Shown here: piece after piece, positions 1 to 13,100 of the stretch
Layout of the letters: each line of letters starts with the position of its first letter
How positions within the stretch are numbered: position 1 is the first letter of the stretch
Assembly: GCA_964255105.1 (NCBI GenBank)
Contig: CAXUWE010000002.1
Coordinates: forward strand, 1-52,827
Direction of reading: 5' to 3'
Length of the DNA: 52,827 nucleotides
From: Porpidia crustulata
Lineage: Eukaryota
Translations under genes and position numbers: made by a program
The notes under the pieces: model-generated
Told to the model about the DNA's origin: nothing
Seen by the model: the letters and a program-made list of their open reading frames with translations, nothing else
Database searches by the model: none

Positions 1-18
1 ATTGAAAGGGTGGTGTAC

Positions 19-32
19 GGGTAGGGTAGGGT
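19..32. promoter_or_regulatory. GGGTAGGGTAGGGT tract, Homol E-like promoter motif
   Basis: Contains AGGGTAGGGT, the Homol E consensus of fungal housekeeping and ribosomal-protein promoters. TGTGAC (partial Homol D) occurs nearby at about 46 and 96. The target gene is unknown and may lie left of the window. Confidence 0.3.
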
Positions 33-292
33 GGTGTATCGTTATTGTGACCCTTAATTAACGTACTTTAGATACGATCAGGGGTCCACGGGCTTTGTGA
101 CATTTCCTGGATATCTGGCGGTTACGGCGCTGTTATTGAGCTGTTCCCAAGACTTTTGGCGCTAACTGGGGCTAAGGACGCGGCCTCCAAGCGCCGAGCT
201 TTAGCAGCTTCCCTTTGCCGATGCAGGAGAATGCGTATGTATCAGTTTAGATTTCTAAGTCGCCCCTCCGCACTACCGATCAGATAGTTGCT

Positions 293-2735
293 ATGGAGAA
301 TGGAGATTTCAATGGTCGCTTGTCTGATGAATCTGCTGCAGTAGTGATTGCTACTGACGGCGCACCAAATGGCGAGAAAGGACCACGAAGGAGTGGAGAG
401 GGACCACCCCAGCCTCTGTCCAAAGCTATAGCCACTGAATCCTCTCCGTTAGTTGATGGTGTTATGCAATCCGATGTTGGCCTCCTTTGCTTCTCTCTGG
501 ATGATCACCATTGTTAATATCCAAGTAGATTGGAATCAATACTTTGCTCATACGCCTGAAGCAAAGCGTAGCGTCTGCACGAGTCTGTGCGCCTTTCCCT
601 GCATCAAGAAGACATTGGTGACAAGCGTGCAGGAGTTTGCGGCCTTCCTGAAGAAAAGGTCGATCCTCGAAGAGGAACATGCCCAAGGACTCAAAAAACT
701 CTGTAAGAGTAGCCATGATTCTGCAAGACGGCCCGACAACAGACAGGGATCATATGCGCAAAGTTACGATGAAGTCATTCGAATTCACGACCGAATGGCT
801 GACAATGGGATCCAATTTGCATTGTCCTTGCATCAGATGCATGAGGACCTTCATGATCTTGCTGCAAATATCGAACGGGGTCGCAAATCTTGGAAGCAAA
901 CCGGATTAAGTGCGGAGAAGAAAGTGCAGGACTCTGAGTCCTTAATGGAGAAGGCGAAAGCCAAATATGACTCATTGGCCGAAGATTATGATCGGGCTCG
1001 CACAGGGGACAAGCAGCCTGGTAGGGTATTTGGATTAAAAGGACCAAAATCTGCAGCTCAACATGAAGAAGACCTTCATCGAAAGCTACAAGCGGCTGAC
1101 ACAGATTATGCATCGAAAGTACAGACAGCACAAAGTCATAGGGAAGAGCTTATCAACACTTTGCGCCCTCAGACAGTGAAGGCTTTACGTGATATCATCA
1201 GTGAGTGCGACTCGGGCCTGACTCTCCAGCTTCAAAAATTTGGTGAGTTCTTGAACCTGAGCAGACTAGCTGCTAAGTGCTAAACCTCGCCAGCGTCATT
1301 CAATGAGAAACTACTGCTGGGTAATGGGCTTTGTGTGAGCCCCTTGAGTGGGAGAAGTGGCCAAGGACCTCGAAGCCTGCGGGACGTAATCTATCATATC
1401 GATAACACAAAAGATTTTGACAGCTTTGTGTCAGGCTTCTCATCTCAGGTCGTACCCAAACCCACAGATATTGTATATGAGCATCATTCGGTGAGCTCTC
1501 ACATCATAATCTAGGCGCTGTAGAATTAGCTCGATGTTTTGCTGATAATCCTGCAGACGTTGACCAATGTGCAACAAGCGCCACCATCTGCTAATATTCG
1601 GTCTCAGCCTGGACAAAGTTATCAGCCCCCAGTGACTGGAACGACGCCAGGTCAGCCGCCTCAGTATGGCGAACTTCGTGGCCCACATTATGGTCAAGAT
1701 ATAAGTCAGCCCTTGGCATCTGCCGCCAATGTTTCAGCAGAAAAGAGCGGCATCAGCTTGCTACAGCAGCAGACGTCCTCATCTGCGGTTCAAGTAGGCG
1801 CACCGCAGCTACCTTTGCCTACATCATCCGCTCCAACATATTCGCAATCGACTACACCGAGTAGTACATCTCAAAATTTGGCTTCTCATGATGAGCTGCC
1901 TTCGCTGAGGCCTGTTTTTGGGGTATCTTTGGGAGATTTGTTGGCCAGAGACGGCTCTGCGATCCCCCTTATTGTGTACCAGTGCCTGCAAGCTGTCGAA
2001 TTATTCGGATTGGATGTCGAGGGAATCTATAGGCTTTCGGGCTCCACCGTACACGTTTCAAGGCTTCGTGCACTGTTTGATAACGGTACGTATTGCCCTA
2101 CATTTCCCTCTCAGACCAAAATTTATTTTTTCAACACAGATGCTACGCAAGTCGACTTCCGCGATCCCGCGAATTTCTTTCATGATGTGAATAGCGTTGC
2201 AGGGCTACTCAAGCAATTCTTCAGGGATCTGCCGGACCCTCTGCTCACACGAGAGAACTATCAAGGCTTCATCGAAGCTGCGAGTAAGTCTTACCCTCCT
2301 TCGAGCGAACCGAGGCTATCGATAAGGTATCTTATTATCCTCATAGAAATTGACGACGATATAACTCGCCGGGACTCGCTCCATGCTACCATCAATAGCC
2401 TTCCCGATCCGAACTATGCTACATTGCGAGCTTTGACTTTGGTGAGTAGCCGATGCGTCAATGTATCGCCCTAATCCACCGAGAAATTGACAACGAACAG
2501 CACCTTAATCGCGTTCAAGAACACTCGAGTACTAATAGAATGAACGCCGGCAACCTAGCTATATGCTTTGGGTACAGCCTCCAAGCTCTTCACTCCTCAC
2601 ATCTACTAATTTGTCGTCATTAGACCCACGCTGATGGGCTCCAATACCAGCCCCAACATTGCCGATGCTGGGTGGCAAGCCCGTGTGATTGGCACCATCT
2701 TGCAGAACACCTACCAGATTTTCGATGATGATTAA
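293..2735 (+). CDS. RGD1: F-BAR/FCH domain RhoGAP (Rgd1-like), multi-exon
   Basis: Spliced N-terminus VMQSD/IGINTLLIRLKQSVASAR/EFAAFLKKRSILEEEHAQGLKKL is FCH/F-BAR-like. RhoGAP motifs: VFGVSL, GLDVEGIYRLSG, VAGLLKQFFRDLPDPLLT, NRMNAGNLAICFG/PTLMG. Ends IFDDD-TAA at 2735. Confidence 0.88.
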
Positions 2736-3702
2736 GTCGATCAAAAGCTCATGGTTAGCAATGTTTTTTGTATTCATCACCTGTGATTTATGGCATGTTT
2801 CATGGTCGTAGCTTTGCAAGACGTTAGATTTGAGTCGCGAATCAAGATTCTAAAGTGAGAAGCTGTAAACGCTCGAACGGTCCGAACAAAGTTACCGAGT
2901 CAGAAACGGGCAGCGTGACCATACCACAGCATCTCGATTTTGTAGTGACGTGGAATATATATACGACATGCACTTTATGGGAAAAACCTCCTCATCTGTC
3001 TAGAACGCCTACCCTCGGATCTGATGCCTTGGCGATGCGCAATGGATCGTCCAGACTAGACAAACGGCGCTCACGATAGATACGATGGATGACATTTTGA
3101 CATGCACAAAGTATTTCCTGATACTGTCTCGATTGCTGGTAGAATTAGAATCTCTATTTGGAGTCCTCTACAAAACATTGCCTGGTCCCATGATCCACTT
3201 GTAGCTCTCGCGCTTTGTGCCATCTCCTAATTCAGGTATTTGCTCGGCTCTCAAACCTACTTTGGTAGTCAAGGTAAACATTGAGATGTGTAGGGGAATA
3301 GCGGCATGAACGAAGGTATACTGCAACGCTTACGTTGATTCAAAGCACAAAAGCCTGATGCCGCTCGCTGATAGGCAGAACGGCCGGGTGTAGAGGAAGA
3401 AAATATCCATCTGTAGAGAAGGACCTGTTTCGTTGAGAATTACATTATAGTACCCCGTGGTGAGCTCTGCCACCACTCGGCCCCTGTGCTTGGATACGTT
3501 TGATACATGGACTGCGTACAACATTTACACTGTAGCTGTCCAGAATATATTTTTAACAAAAATACGGTTTACCTAGTCTGTCCCCAGCTTGACCTACCAA
3601 ACCTATCCCCCGAACAATACCCAAAAATGCCGCTATAATCGTCTTAAAGTATAATATCGTACATTCATCAAGTCATGGATAGGAACGCGTAGGACTTCGC
3701 GT

Positions 3703-6700
3703 CTACAGGACGGCCTTCCTCGCCCCAAAGAGCGTTAAATTAAGACTAGTATCGTTCTCTGTGACCAATGGCGTCGCATCCTGCATCATTTCCCATCTAC
3801 GCAAGGGAAAAGGCTGCAAAATAGTCGATGTAGTCTTTATAGCTGACCCGGGGGTTGCCCCAATAGCTTTGCAGTCGGAGGCTGACGAAATTGGCATACA
3901 CAGGAGCTGTAACCATTCCTGTTTTGCACTCTCGGAATATCCAAATAGAAAGAGCAGGCGGGGGTCTTTTATTCTATGCTGTTCGCGAAGGACGTGGATA
4001 CATCGTGAGCGGGTCTCCTCCGAATGGAAATCGGTGAGGAGGGCCAAGGTATCAAAGACATAAGATGGAAGTGAAGGGTGGGAGGATACGATAGGGTGGA
4101 TGAGGAGGAGGCTCAAAGCTAGGAGGAGGCGCTCGAGGATGATTTGTGAGATTTTGGGCTCTTGAAGAGTGGGTTGATGAAAGAGAAGGAGGCGCAAGAT
4201 TATGACGATAAAGTCGGGGCTGATTTCCAGTCGATTTTTGGGATTGTCTGCAGCGAGCTCCCCAGTCAAGGGCTGATTTGCCGAGAGCTGTGGTGGTGTG
4301 AGAAGTGCGGTCATTCTATCTGCAATCTGAAAGACTACAGAAGACGTGCCCTTATCATTTATACTGAAGGTAGTTGCCTCAATAATCGACAGTAGGGTCT
4401 CGGTAAGCCGCTTTTTGGGAGCCGGATCCAGATTTGCTCCATATGTATCCGATATGAGCTCAGTTTCCGCTTCTTCCCGAATGCGAGAAGCTTGCTCTGT
4501 AGTAAGACCTGATACCAGTGTCGGCCAGTAGTGGAAAGATCGGGTTTCACTCGACATCTCGGCTGTTTCTAGTAGAGCAGTCATTATAGTATTTGCAGCG
4601 TTTTCAGAACTCCTCACTGCTGCGCCAAAGGCTATCCTAAGCCTAAGCTGGCATAATGGAATATTAAAATCACACATAAGTTCCAAAATCTGTGAGATTT
4701 GGCTGCGGAAATCCAGATCTGACAGGCGTCTTGGATTAGATGGGTAAATTATACCGTCTACAGCAACTTGAATCTGATGTATAGAGGAGTTGGTGTCGAA
4801 GGCACTGCTAATTTCAGACAAGTTTCTGCCGTCCTGTAGTAGAAGATTCTGTATTAGTGTCCTAAAAGCGGGACCTGCGATGAAATACCGAGCTTTGACG
4901 CTTGGCGAATCTTCCCCAACATAGGCAGTGAGTGCAGCGTGAACCAAAAGTAATATCGAAGAAGCCGATGCAGTCATGATGAGCTGCTGCTGTACTCGGA
5001 ACCGGTATAGTCTGTAAGCAATCGGAGGCGGATAGCCCAGATCTGTAAGGGTCAAAAGATCCAAAGTGTCTATGGCTACTTCTGCCAGCCTGCCGGAATT
5101 CCTTGTGCCTTGTAGAAGAGCCACGGCTTGAGTGAGCACTAAGTCTAGGGTTAGAGCATGGGTACAGATCAGCGGCGGTAGTATTGTCCCAAGTGAAGGC
5201 CGCGTTGTCGAAGATATTATGTTCCCAAGCCACTCTGTAATTAGAGAGTCGAAAGTCCGTGGATCAAAAGATCGCAAACGGACCAGGAATTGGGCAAAAT
5301 TGACGGATGGCTCTGTAGGCTCTTGCCACGAGAGCTCAAGTCTTTTAGTGATCGCCTGAAAAACCTGCGACAAGATCGGCTTATCCATGCTGGTACCGCT
5401 TGCCATCAACTGGTCAATTTCGTCTGGAAAAGTTGAATCAGCGGACTGCAAAGCTTCAGCCATGTGGTCTGAAATTGGAGAACATGCAGCAGCTAAGATC
5501 GTCTGCTCGTAGAGTACCAGTCTCTTTTCTAGGAACCGGACTTGCTGCGTTGCCTTTGGAAGTCGCCTGCCCAAATCGATTAACGATTCGATGAAATACT
5601 TTTCGACACGTATGCAGCTATGAATGGCTTGGTACTGCTGCCACAAAGCTTGGAATAAATTCTCCACAGCGCCAATGGCTGTCAAAGTGTCAAAGTGATG
5701 ATTAATCGTGTCGGTGATAGCGGCCAATATCAGATCATCTGTGCTGTCTGATAATATTTTGAGGACATCGGCTATTATGACAAAGTCATCCATCCTCTCA
5801 AGAACAAGTTGTATTTGATGATACTGGTCCAAGGTGATGCTATCGGACGATTTGACATCTATTTGAGGTTCTTTCCGAAAATTGCACTCGGTCCGGCCGA
5901 CATTATTTACAATGCAAGGCGATCCAAAATAGGCAGTAATAGCTTGACGTACCCAGCGACTGATACTCGATTTCACGGTTTGGCTCAGTTGCGTTTTTTC
6001 CCAATTTTGCGGCTCTTGTCCTGATGCCGCGTCCTGAACTGTGAAAATTCCCGGAATATTAATAGAGATCCAGAGCTTCACGGAAATAATCGTAATTCTC
6101 TCCTCAGCAACAGAAGCACCCATGGAAGCGAGAAGTCGTGTTCTCAAATTCAGAATAGGAGTTGACAGATTGTGGAGAGGTAGCTCAAAGAGAAGGCGCA
6201 CGTCGCAAGGACCATCCTGTATCATTTAGTAATGAAAGTCAGTCGCAAAGCAATATACATACCCGACTCGGCCTTCCGCTTCTCGTCAGCGTCCCTCGGG
6301 CCATTAGCCATTGTAGGTATTTCCCAACTAAAAAGTGTCTCGATATAACCAATTCTGCGAGGAGCCTATAGACGTTGTCCTTGCTGACTCTCACCAAGCT
6401 TGCGCTGTTTGTAAGAAAGGTCAGAATCGGCTTTTGAAGCTCATAACCCCTTTGGGACCATCTGCGCAACATACGAGCAGCCAAGTATATTCTGGCATGC
6501 CCAGATCTGTATAAGCTTGAGGCCCACTCGAGGCACGTGATCACTAGTAAATCACTGTCATCTGCTGCCTTCAAGCAGTCATCGGTGGATTTGGTTAGGC
6601 TGGCCCAATCCGCAGCGCTGTCAAGCAAGGTGATGAGCTTTTGTCTCGGAGACTGTATCCGGTGTCCATATTGTTCTTGGTGATTTTTTGCAAGGCGCAC

Positions 6701-8354
6701 ATTACGTTTCGAAATAAGGTCGAAGTAGGAAATAGGATTGTCGTCGTACTGCTGAAAATAGTCTTGAAGCATTCTTTGATGTTTAATCCAGTGGTCAGGC
6801 ACAAGAAGGCATGCTGGAGCAGAAACGAGAAGTAGTCTCAGAATCTCGATCATTTCGTTTTCCAGAGAAGCAAAGATTCCCTTGTCGGCTTGCTGATTTA
6901 CCTGATTGGCAAATTCAGTGAAGCACGCGTATATAATAACACCATCCAGCTACCTACTGTAAATAAATGGTCCATCATAGCTTCAGCCAGTCTTCGGCCT
7001 CGCTGTCGGTGCTCGAGTATCTCCTCCCAATGGATTCGAATCACAAGAAGCCAGAGAGGTGCATTGTTGAGATCGCTCATTCGGACAGATGAAAGAAGCC
7101 AATCGATATAATGCTCTTGATCGAGAAGGTGTTCTGAAAAAAATTGCGTGACAAGTCGTAGACTAGTCACATACGTTTAGCAGCTTCCCAAACGGAAGGC
7201 TATCAGGCCATTCAGATAATCGGTGGCGTGAATACTTACCCATAGTCAACCCCGGACCTCCATTCCGGAGTACCGCACTGGGCGAGGATCATCTCTAGAA
7301 ATTGCTCCACGTTTATTGTCCAGTCCTTGATCCACTTTGTCTCTCCTCCGACTGCAAATGCGCCACTAGCTCCTTTTCTCTTGAATGCGCGAATTTCGTT
7401 TGCCCCTACACATTTGGCGAGCCATATAGCTCTCATGATAGGAATTCGCTTGACCAGACAGTGATCGAGAAGGACCTTACCCCGAATGCCATGTGGTATG
7501 GTTCGACTTAGGCGGCGCAATGGGATGGACGGGTTTGCGAGATCCCGTAGCCAAGCTTCTCGTTTTGTATCAATTAATGTCACGCGTGGAGGAGGTTTGA
7601 ATGTAGAATTGGCCGTGATTATGCCATGAGCTTGCCTTTGATCGAGGATTGAGACAAACAGAGAGGATAATATTTGCAAGCCCGATTTGTGCTTGAGGCT
7701 TGACCAAACCGAGGGTCTGGCAGTACTTGACTCTGCCTGAGTGCCCTGCATCTTGTCAAAGTACCCTTGCTTAATCGTTGCTTCATTGAGAATGTCTTCA
7801 GGATGGTTTCCGGACCAGGGGAAAAAGTCTGCGGGAAGACCTTCTTGAATTCTGGGGGCAGAGGAAGGAGGCTCCGCGACATAGGATCTTATTTTGACGG
7901 CCTCTTTAAACCCAAGATTTGCGGAAGCTTCAATGTTCATAGGATAGATATACGCACTCCTCTCAGGTCGTCTAGGAAAAAAGGGATCTTGGTGAATGCA
8001 AATCTCCAATTGATCACGCTCTTCTAATAAGCCACTTGACTGTGAGGGAGTGCCCTTCGCCAAAACATTGGTTGACACCTTTTCCTCCATACTTCCTGGA
8101 GCAATATCTCGCCTCACGTAGCTTGTTCCACTTTCAAGCACATTGTTACCTACAATATGCGTTCTCCCGTCCAGCTTTTGCTTCTTGATCGATGGTCCTG
8201 CTGCCTCCTCCCTAGTTGTTCCAACGATAGGGTCAACGGTGGCTTGCCACTGGACAGACCGGGGTGTCTGCTGTGATGAATATTGACTCTGAGGCCGGGC
8301 AAAGCCGGAATTGGGATTCCGGAGCCGTTGTGCACCGGCTGATTGACTGGTCAT
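3703..8354 (-). CDS. SRB8: Mediator kinase-module subunit Med12/Srb8, 4 exons
   Basis: Med12 domain FKPPPRVTLIDTKREAWLRDLANPSIPLRRLSRTIPHGIRGKVLLD...RAIWLAKCVGANE. C-terminal PFPLRRWEMMQDATPLVTENDTSLNLTLFGARK. Four ORF pieces are joined by GT-AG introns. First ATG is at 8354. Confidence 0.92.
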
Positions 8355-8427
8355 CGTTCGGTCATTTTGATTGTCTGGGTGTAGCAATTGAAAGCATAAG
8401 GGGGCCGCCTGCTCATCTGTAATACAT
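8351..8427 (-). promoter_or_regulatory. Cluster of upstream ORFs in front of MED12
   Basis: ATGs at 8427, 8416, 8397 and 8365, all out of frame with the main ATG at 8354. Their stops overlap downstream ATGs as ATGA. Only relevant if they lie inside the transcript. Confidence 0.4.
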
Positions 8428-9353
8428 AGTGTTGGAGCCTCTCGCGAGAGCGCTTCGTGATCGCTACTTGGACTTTAGATTTTTAGAAAATATGACTTGG
8501 GTTGTTTAGCTGACTGTGGGAGCGTTGATGTACGGTGGCATGGCGACTTTGTATCAGCCAATCAAAGCTAAATCAAGGTGGTAAGAGTTTGTAATGCCGT
8601 GAAGTGTGGAACAGAGCGACACCTCATCGCCTTCCTACCAGTCCTGATAGGTGGGCAGTAAGGTTACCTTACTAAATGCTGAACATGAGATTTGATTAAA
8701 TACTTCGATCTTATCTACGTTCCCGCCTGTCTCCGGGGTACGAGACGCAAATCACAATTTAAGGTACTCTAGCATATAGGCACCAACTATATGAGGTTGG
8801 TGCTTACCACCCTACGATTAAACAGTAGGTACGTAGCATGGTAGATAGCGTAATTTATCAAAGGTATTAAATTGAAATGTGCCCAATGATATCGTGCGCT
8901 CACTGTCGTTTTATTTTCTAAAAATCAGCCTCAGGATTTTTCATTATCATTTCAATTGACAGCCCAATCGATGAACTTCAATGACTTTTGGCCCCCCATT
9001 GTGATTGAGGAAACGACATTACCTAAGCCAGGAACGAAAAAGGTAAGCGTGAGTAGGTACCTTGTTGTTAAACAATAACGTTCAGACCTAGTGTCTATTG
9101 TTACTGTAGGTAGCACCTCATTCAGACATCGAACTTACGTAACCCCGCAAAATTTGCTGAGTCCTAAACTTTTTGGATTTAGTAAAAGACACGGTGGGTG
9201 CGTTGGCTGGGAGGCATCGCCCTGCTTAAGATTTTTGCTCTATCCCATGTTCAAGGGGACTTTCTCTCTGAACCCCTCTGAAACAATCGCAGGATAGAGC
9301 GTGGTGTCTGTCGACTTATTGCAACCTTTTCCTCGTGGCTTACCAAAGTAGCG

Positions 9354-10043
9354 ATGGCGTCGAAGAAGGACATGCGGAGGGATGACCTGGGTATTACTTG
9401 CTCTAGTAACGTGGCCAAGCTGATGCTGAATGGGGCTCCAGTGATACCGTATAGAGAGCCGACCAAGGATAAGAATGAAGGGGACATGTCAAGTACGATG
9501 GCAAGCACACTACCAATGGCCGCTGTAAGTACCGGCTAGGCTGTTGTCGATGTCACCGTAGCTTATTGGCCTCGTTAGATGTTTACCAGAAATAAGTAGG
9601 TCTATGCGTGGAATAAAGTCGAAAGGTGGTATTTCTTGCTCATTTGTCACTTCCTATTACAGAATGATTGGCTGGTACGTCCTGCGGGCCTCTTGCCTGA
9701 CTACAAGATATTTCATTCTGACCAGGAAAGGGCGTCACTGGTGTTCTCGTTACAAACCTGGCTTGCGGAAACTCCTGAGCAAACACGCAAAGGAGGGACG
9801 CCTGGCTATATCAGTGTGGGCATGGCTTGTAAGATTCCAGTCTTCGTTGTTCTGCTTCCGTATCGATCACCAATACTAACACGCTCTAGTAATGGCAGTT
9901 ATAGTGGTAGGGAGGCCTTTCCCAGATGCACTATAGATCGATTAATCTCTCTATTCTAGACGTATCTTCCCTTATTCATGCCACCTCCGCCAGGGAGACT
10001 GGCGACTGGTACGGAAGCTCCCGGTGCAGCGCCACCATCCTGA
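9354..10043 (+). CDS. Small membrane protein of the Asterix/PAT10 (UPF0139) family, 7 exons
   Basis: Spliced product MASKKDMRRDDL/VIPYREP...MASTLPMAA/MFTRNK/MIGW/ASLVFSLQTWLAETPEQ...VGMA/LMAVIV/TYLPLFMPPP. Consistent GT-AG introns with three 12-17 nt exons. DMRRxDL and the terminal YLP motif are typical of the family. Confidence 0.75.
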
Positions 10044-10711
10044 AGACTTGGGGGTAAAGCGTGGACAACAATGGAAAGTAGCCATCTACATCCGAGACTA
10101 AGGATACCCAGTAGACGCTCTGTGGAGCTTGTACTTGTCATATGGATTAGCAAGAACTACATCTAACAGGAATCGACCAGCTGTCCCAATATACTCTTTG
10201 GATGGTGAGAGATTACATGTGTGTATGGTTTCTAGATACAATGTCAATATGGAAGTTATCCTTATCAAAGATATGCTGCAGTGAACCCAGTCCTGAAAGC
10301 AAGACTTCTCATTGTGCAGCTACTCAATGACCTTAATGAAAGCCATATCAATGTCTAGTCTACTATGGCACGTATGGCTATCACAAGGAGTGGTCAAAGT
10401 CATTGCAACGTTTAGTCGGGACACTCCTAAGACATTCGTGTGATGACTTTCCTAATCGATTGGTGACTTGTGGATCCCAGGTATATGATTAGTCAGCATA
10501 TGTAATATTTTCACTCCTTAGCTCACTTTTAATTTACACCCCTCCCTCGAATCCCGTACACAAGTTGAGTACTACAGACAAACTCCTTAACTCCACTCTT
10601 CTTATTTAACTTAACGCATAGAGATATCCAACATCTTTCGCATAGCTTGTAAGCGTATTGCTGTCTCAATCACTACCAACAGACCCAAAGGAACCCAGAG
10701 GGAACGAGTTT

Positions 10712-11448
10712 ATGTCAATCGAAAACCTTAAGACCTTCGGTAAGTTTCTTCCCGGCATTGCCCTGGCATGACTCTGTCCTGTGCTGGGTGTACTCGACGT
10801 ATCTGGCGTAGTATTTACAAGATACATCATGTTGTTCGAGATTTGATTTTATGATGACGGTGCATTGACTGTCCCCCTTCTGCTCGTCGCCCGCACTGCG
10901 ACTGAATTCCTACTAACCTCTTTCGCTAGACCCCTTCGCCGAAGCCGACGAAGACACTGGGGAGACTAAGCAGTCTCAAAATTACATTCATATTCGTATT
11001 CAGCGTATGTGACACCTGAACCGGACAGCCTTAGACACTGAGGGCCTGCCTCTGCTCGTGACATCATACTCACGAATATCTATAAGAGCGTAATGGTCGT
11101 AAGACCTTGACGACTGTTCAGGGCCTGCCCAAGAAATTCGACCAGAAGAAGATCCTCAAAGTTATCAAGAAAAAATTCGGTCAGCCCCTTATATCCTCAA
11201 CTATTGCTCGGGGCCTACGGCTAATGCCCGCATTTCTAATACAGCTTGCAATGGCACCATCGTCAACGATACAGAGATGGGCGAGGTGATCCAACTTCAA
11301 GGCGATCAGCGCAAGGATGTTCAAGAATTCCTGGTGGACAAGAAGGAAGGGCTCGAGCTTGATGCAAAAACTATCAAGGTAGATGGCTACAGTATTGTTA
11401 CGATAGGGAATTCCTAACACAATTACCTCTCAGGTCCACGGATTCTAG
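10712..11448 (+). CDS. SUI1: Translation initiation factor eIF1, 5 exons
   Basis: MSIENLKTF/DPFAEADED...NYIHIRIQ/QRNGRKTLTTVQGLPKKFDQKKILKVIKKKF/ACNGTIVND...IQLQGDQRKDV...IK/VHGF-TAG. Confidence 0.98.
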
Positions 11449-11759
11449 TACTTCTCAACCGCGCCACACTGGCACTTCTTCAGTGGGTCACTAGGAGTCC
11501 CCTCGGCAATCATGTATCTCTTACTCCTTGGCTGGTTTGGTATGGGTCAAGGCATAACGTACGACGGGGCGTTGGTTGATACCCACTGAAGAATGAATAT
11601 AAAGGCTACGGACAAAGGGGCTTTTTCTGTGTTTGCTGTACGATGGATACGTAAACCGTAAAGCACTAGCAGTACCAGAGCTTAAGAAAGCTCCAATGAG
11701 AAACGATCAGTTGAACCAAGTGATACTAGACTCAATATTTTCTGATTTTACAAATTTGC

Positions 11760-12716
11760 CTAGTTGGACGCAACGCCTAGTTTGAGCAGAAACTCCCACA
11801 CGTTTCTCAGCATCATAAACAACGGTACAACTGGGTCGTTGCTGCGAGTCAGGTGCAACTGGAGAAGCAATGAACACATGGTAATGAAACTAGCAATAGA
11901 GAACACACTGATTGACGCCGAGGTCTCCTTCCTGATATTGATCTCCCTTTGAGTGAGATGATAGAGCACTGTGAGAGTCTATGGTCCTATCAGCATTCTG
12001 AAGTGGTAGCAGAAGCTTAGTGTGTGGCTCACTGTCGCTATCGAAACCCAGGCGGGAAGGAGCATGCGTGGATCTTGTGAAGCACCGGATAGCCAGAGTA
12101 CCCAGCTCGTGATATAAGCGATAAGAAGGTTTGTCGTCAATAATCGAAGCACGGTCGCGGAAGGGGTATAGAAAGAAAGCCTGGTCTGGTATTAGCACCC
12201 GCCGAGCTATGAGGCGCGAGCCTTCCGAGCAAATTCTGACCATCGTGACATGAGGCAGTCGGTAAAGAAATACGAGAGGTACGCCGACGCCGAACACTAG
12301 ACGTCAAGTATGGTCAGTCAACGGCTTAAAATTATCAGGCATATGGCGCGTCCCAATTAATCCCAAGAGGACCGGGTAAAACTCGCCCATAGAATTGCCA
12401 AAAACACCTCTGTCACCCTGAATCTCTTCTCCACCGTCCATGCCTCGCTCTCTCTCAACCCCATGCCATCACTTCCCAGCACTAGATCGCCCAGGAATGT
12501 GAAGGCGCACCTGAGCCCCCACCACGCTGCCGGGGCGGTGCTTAAAGCGCGGCATATCAGGAGGGGAATATTCCAACGAGAATTCACGCCAAGCTGCACG
12601 GCTATTCGGGGGTGAAACCGAGTGGGCGGGGAGGAGACTTGGATAGCCAAAGTCTTTACCACAGGGGCAGAAGTGGCTTCGTAGCGAGGAGGGAGCGGGG
12701 AAGCCAGGTGGATCAT
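11760..12716 (-). CDS. EOS1-family ER membrane protein (N-glycosylation/oxidative stress), multi-exon
   Basis: CRALSTAPAAWWGLRCAFTFL...EVFLAILW/CSASAYLSYFFTDCLMSRW, and a last exon LYHLTQREINIRKETSASISVFSIASFITM. SAYLSYFFTDxLMSRW is characteristic of the EOS1 family. The start codon is uncertain. Confidence 0.72.
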
Positions 12717-13100
12717 TGGTACGGCATATGCTGCCACATTTACAATGGTTGGAAGGCACCGCAGAAAGAGATAAAGGATTCTCAAGGAAAGATACTGGTA
12801 CTCGACCTCTGGAGAGCTGGCGGAGGACCTCACGTTGTCTGCTCCTGGAGTGTACGAAATTATGTGAGATTCTTTTCGGCCCGATGAGTCGAGTCAATTG
12901 CGGCTCCCCGGCTTTCGCCTAGAGTACGGAGACATTAGCTAAGTTTTGCATGGGGCATGACATGGGTGTTTATGTCTAAACGATACGCCCCAAACGCCCG
13001 TAGACCATCGTAGAGTAAGTGTGCTGTTTGGCATTCCCTGAACATATACTTCCTAGCGGCTCTCGATTGGTGTTGCTCCCCGCCGTTAGGCCTCTCTACC

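Noticed and set aside
10851..10905. Box C (ATGATGA) and box D (CTGA) in the 190-nt first intron of SUI1, suggesting a C/D snoRNA; alternatively a 38-nt frameshifting cassette exon at 10822-10859
   Set aside because: Only 55 nt long, box D is about 5 nt from the branch motif, there is no convincing terminal stem or recognisable rRNA guide, and the cassette donor GTGCAT is weak. A snoRNA search or junction reads would be needed.
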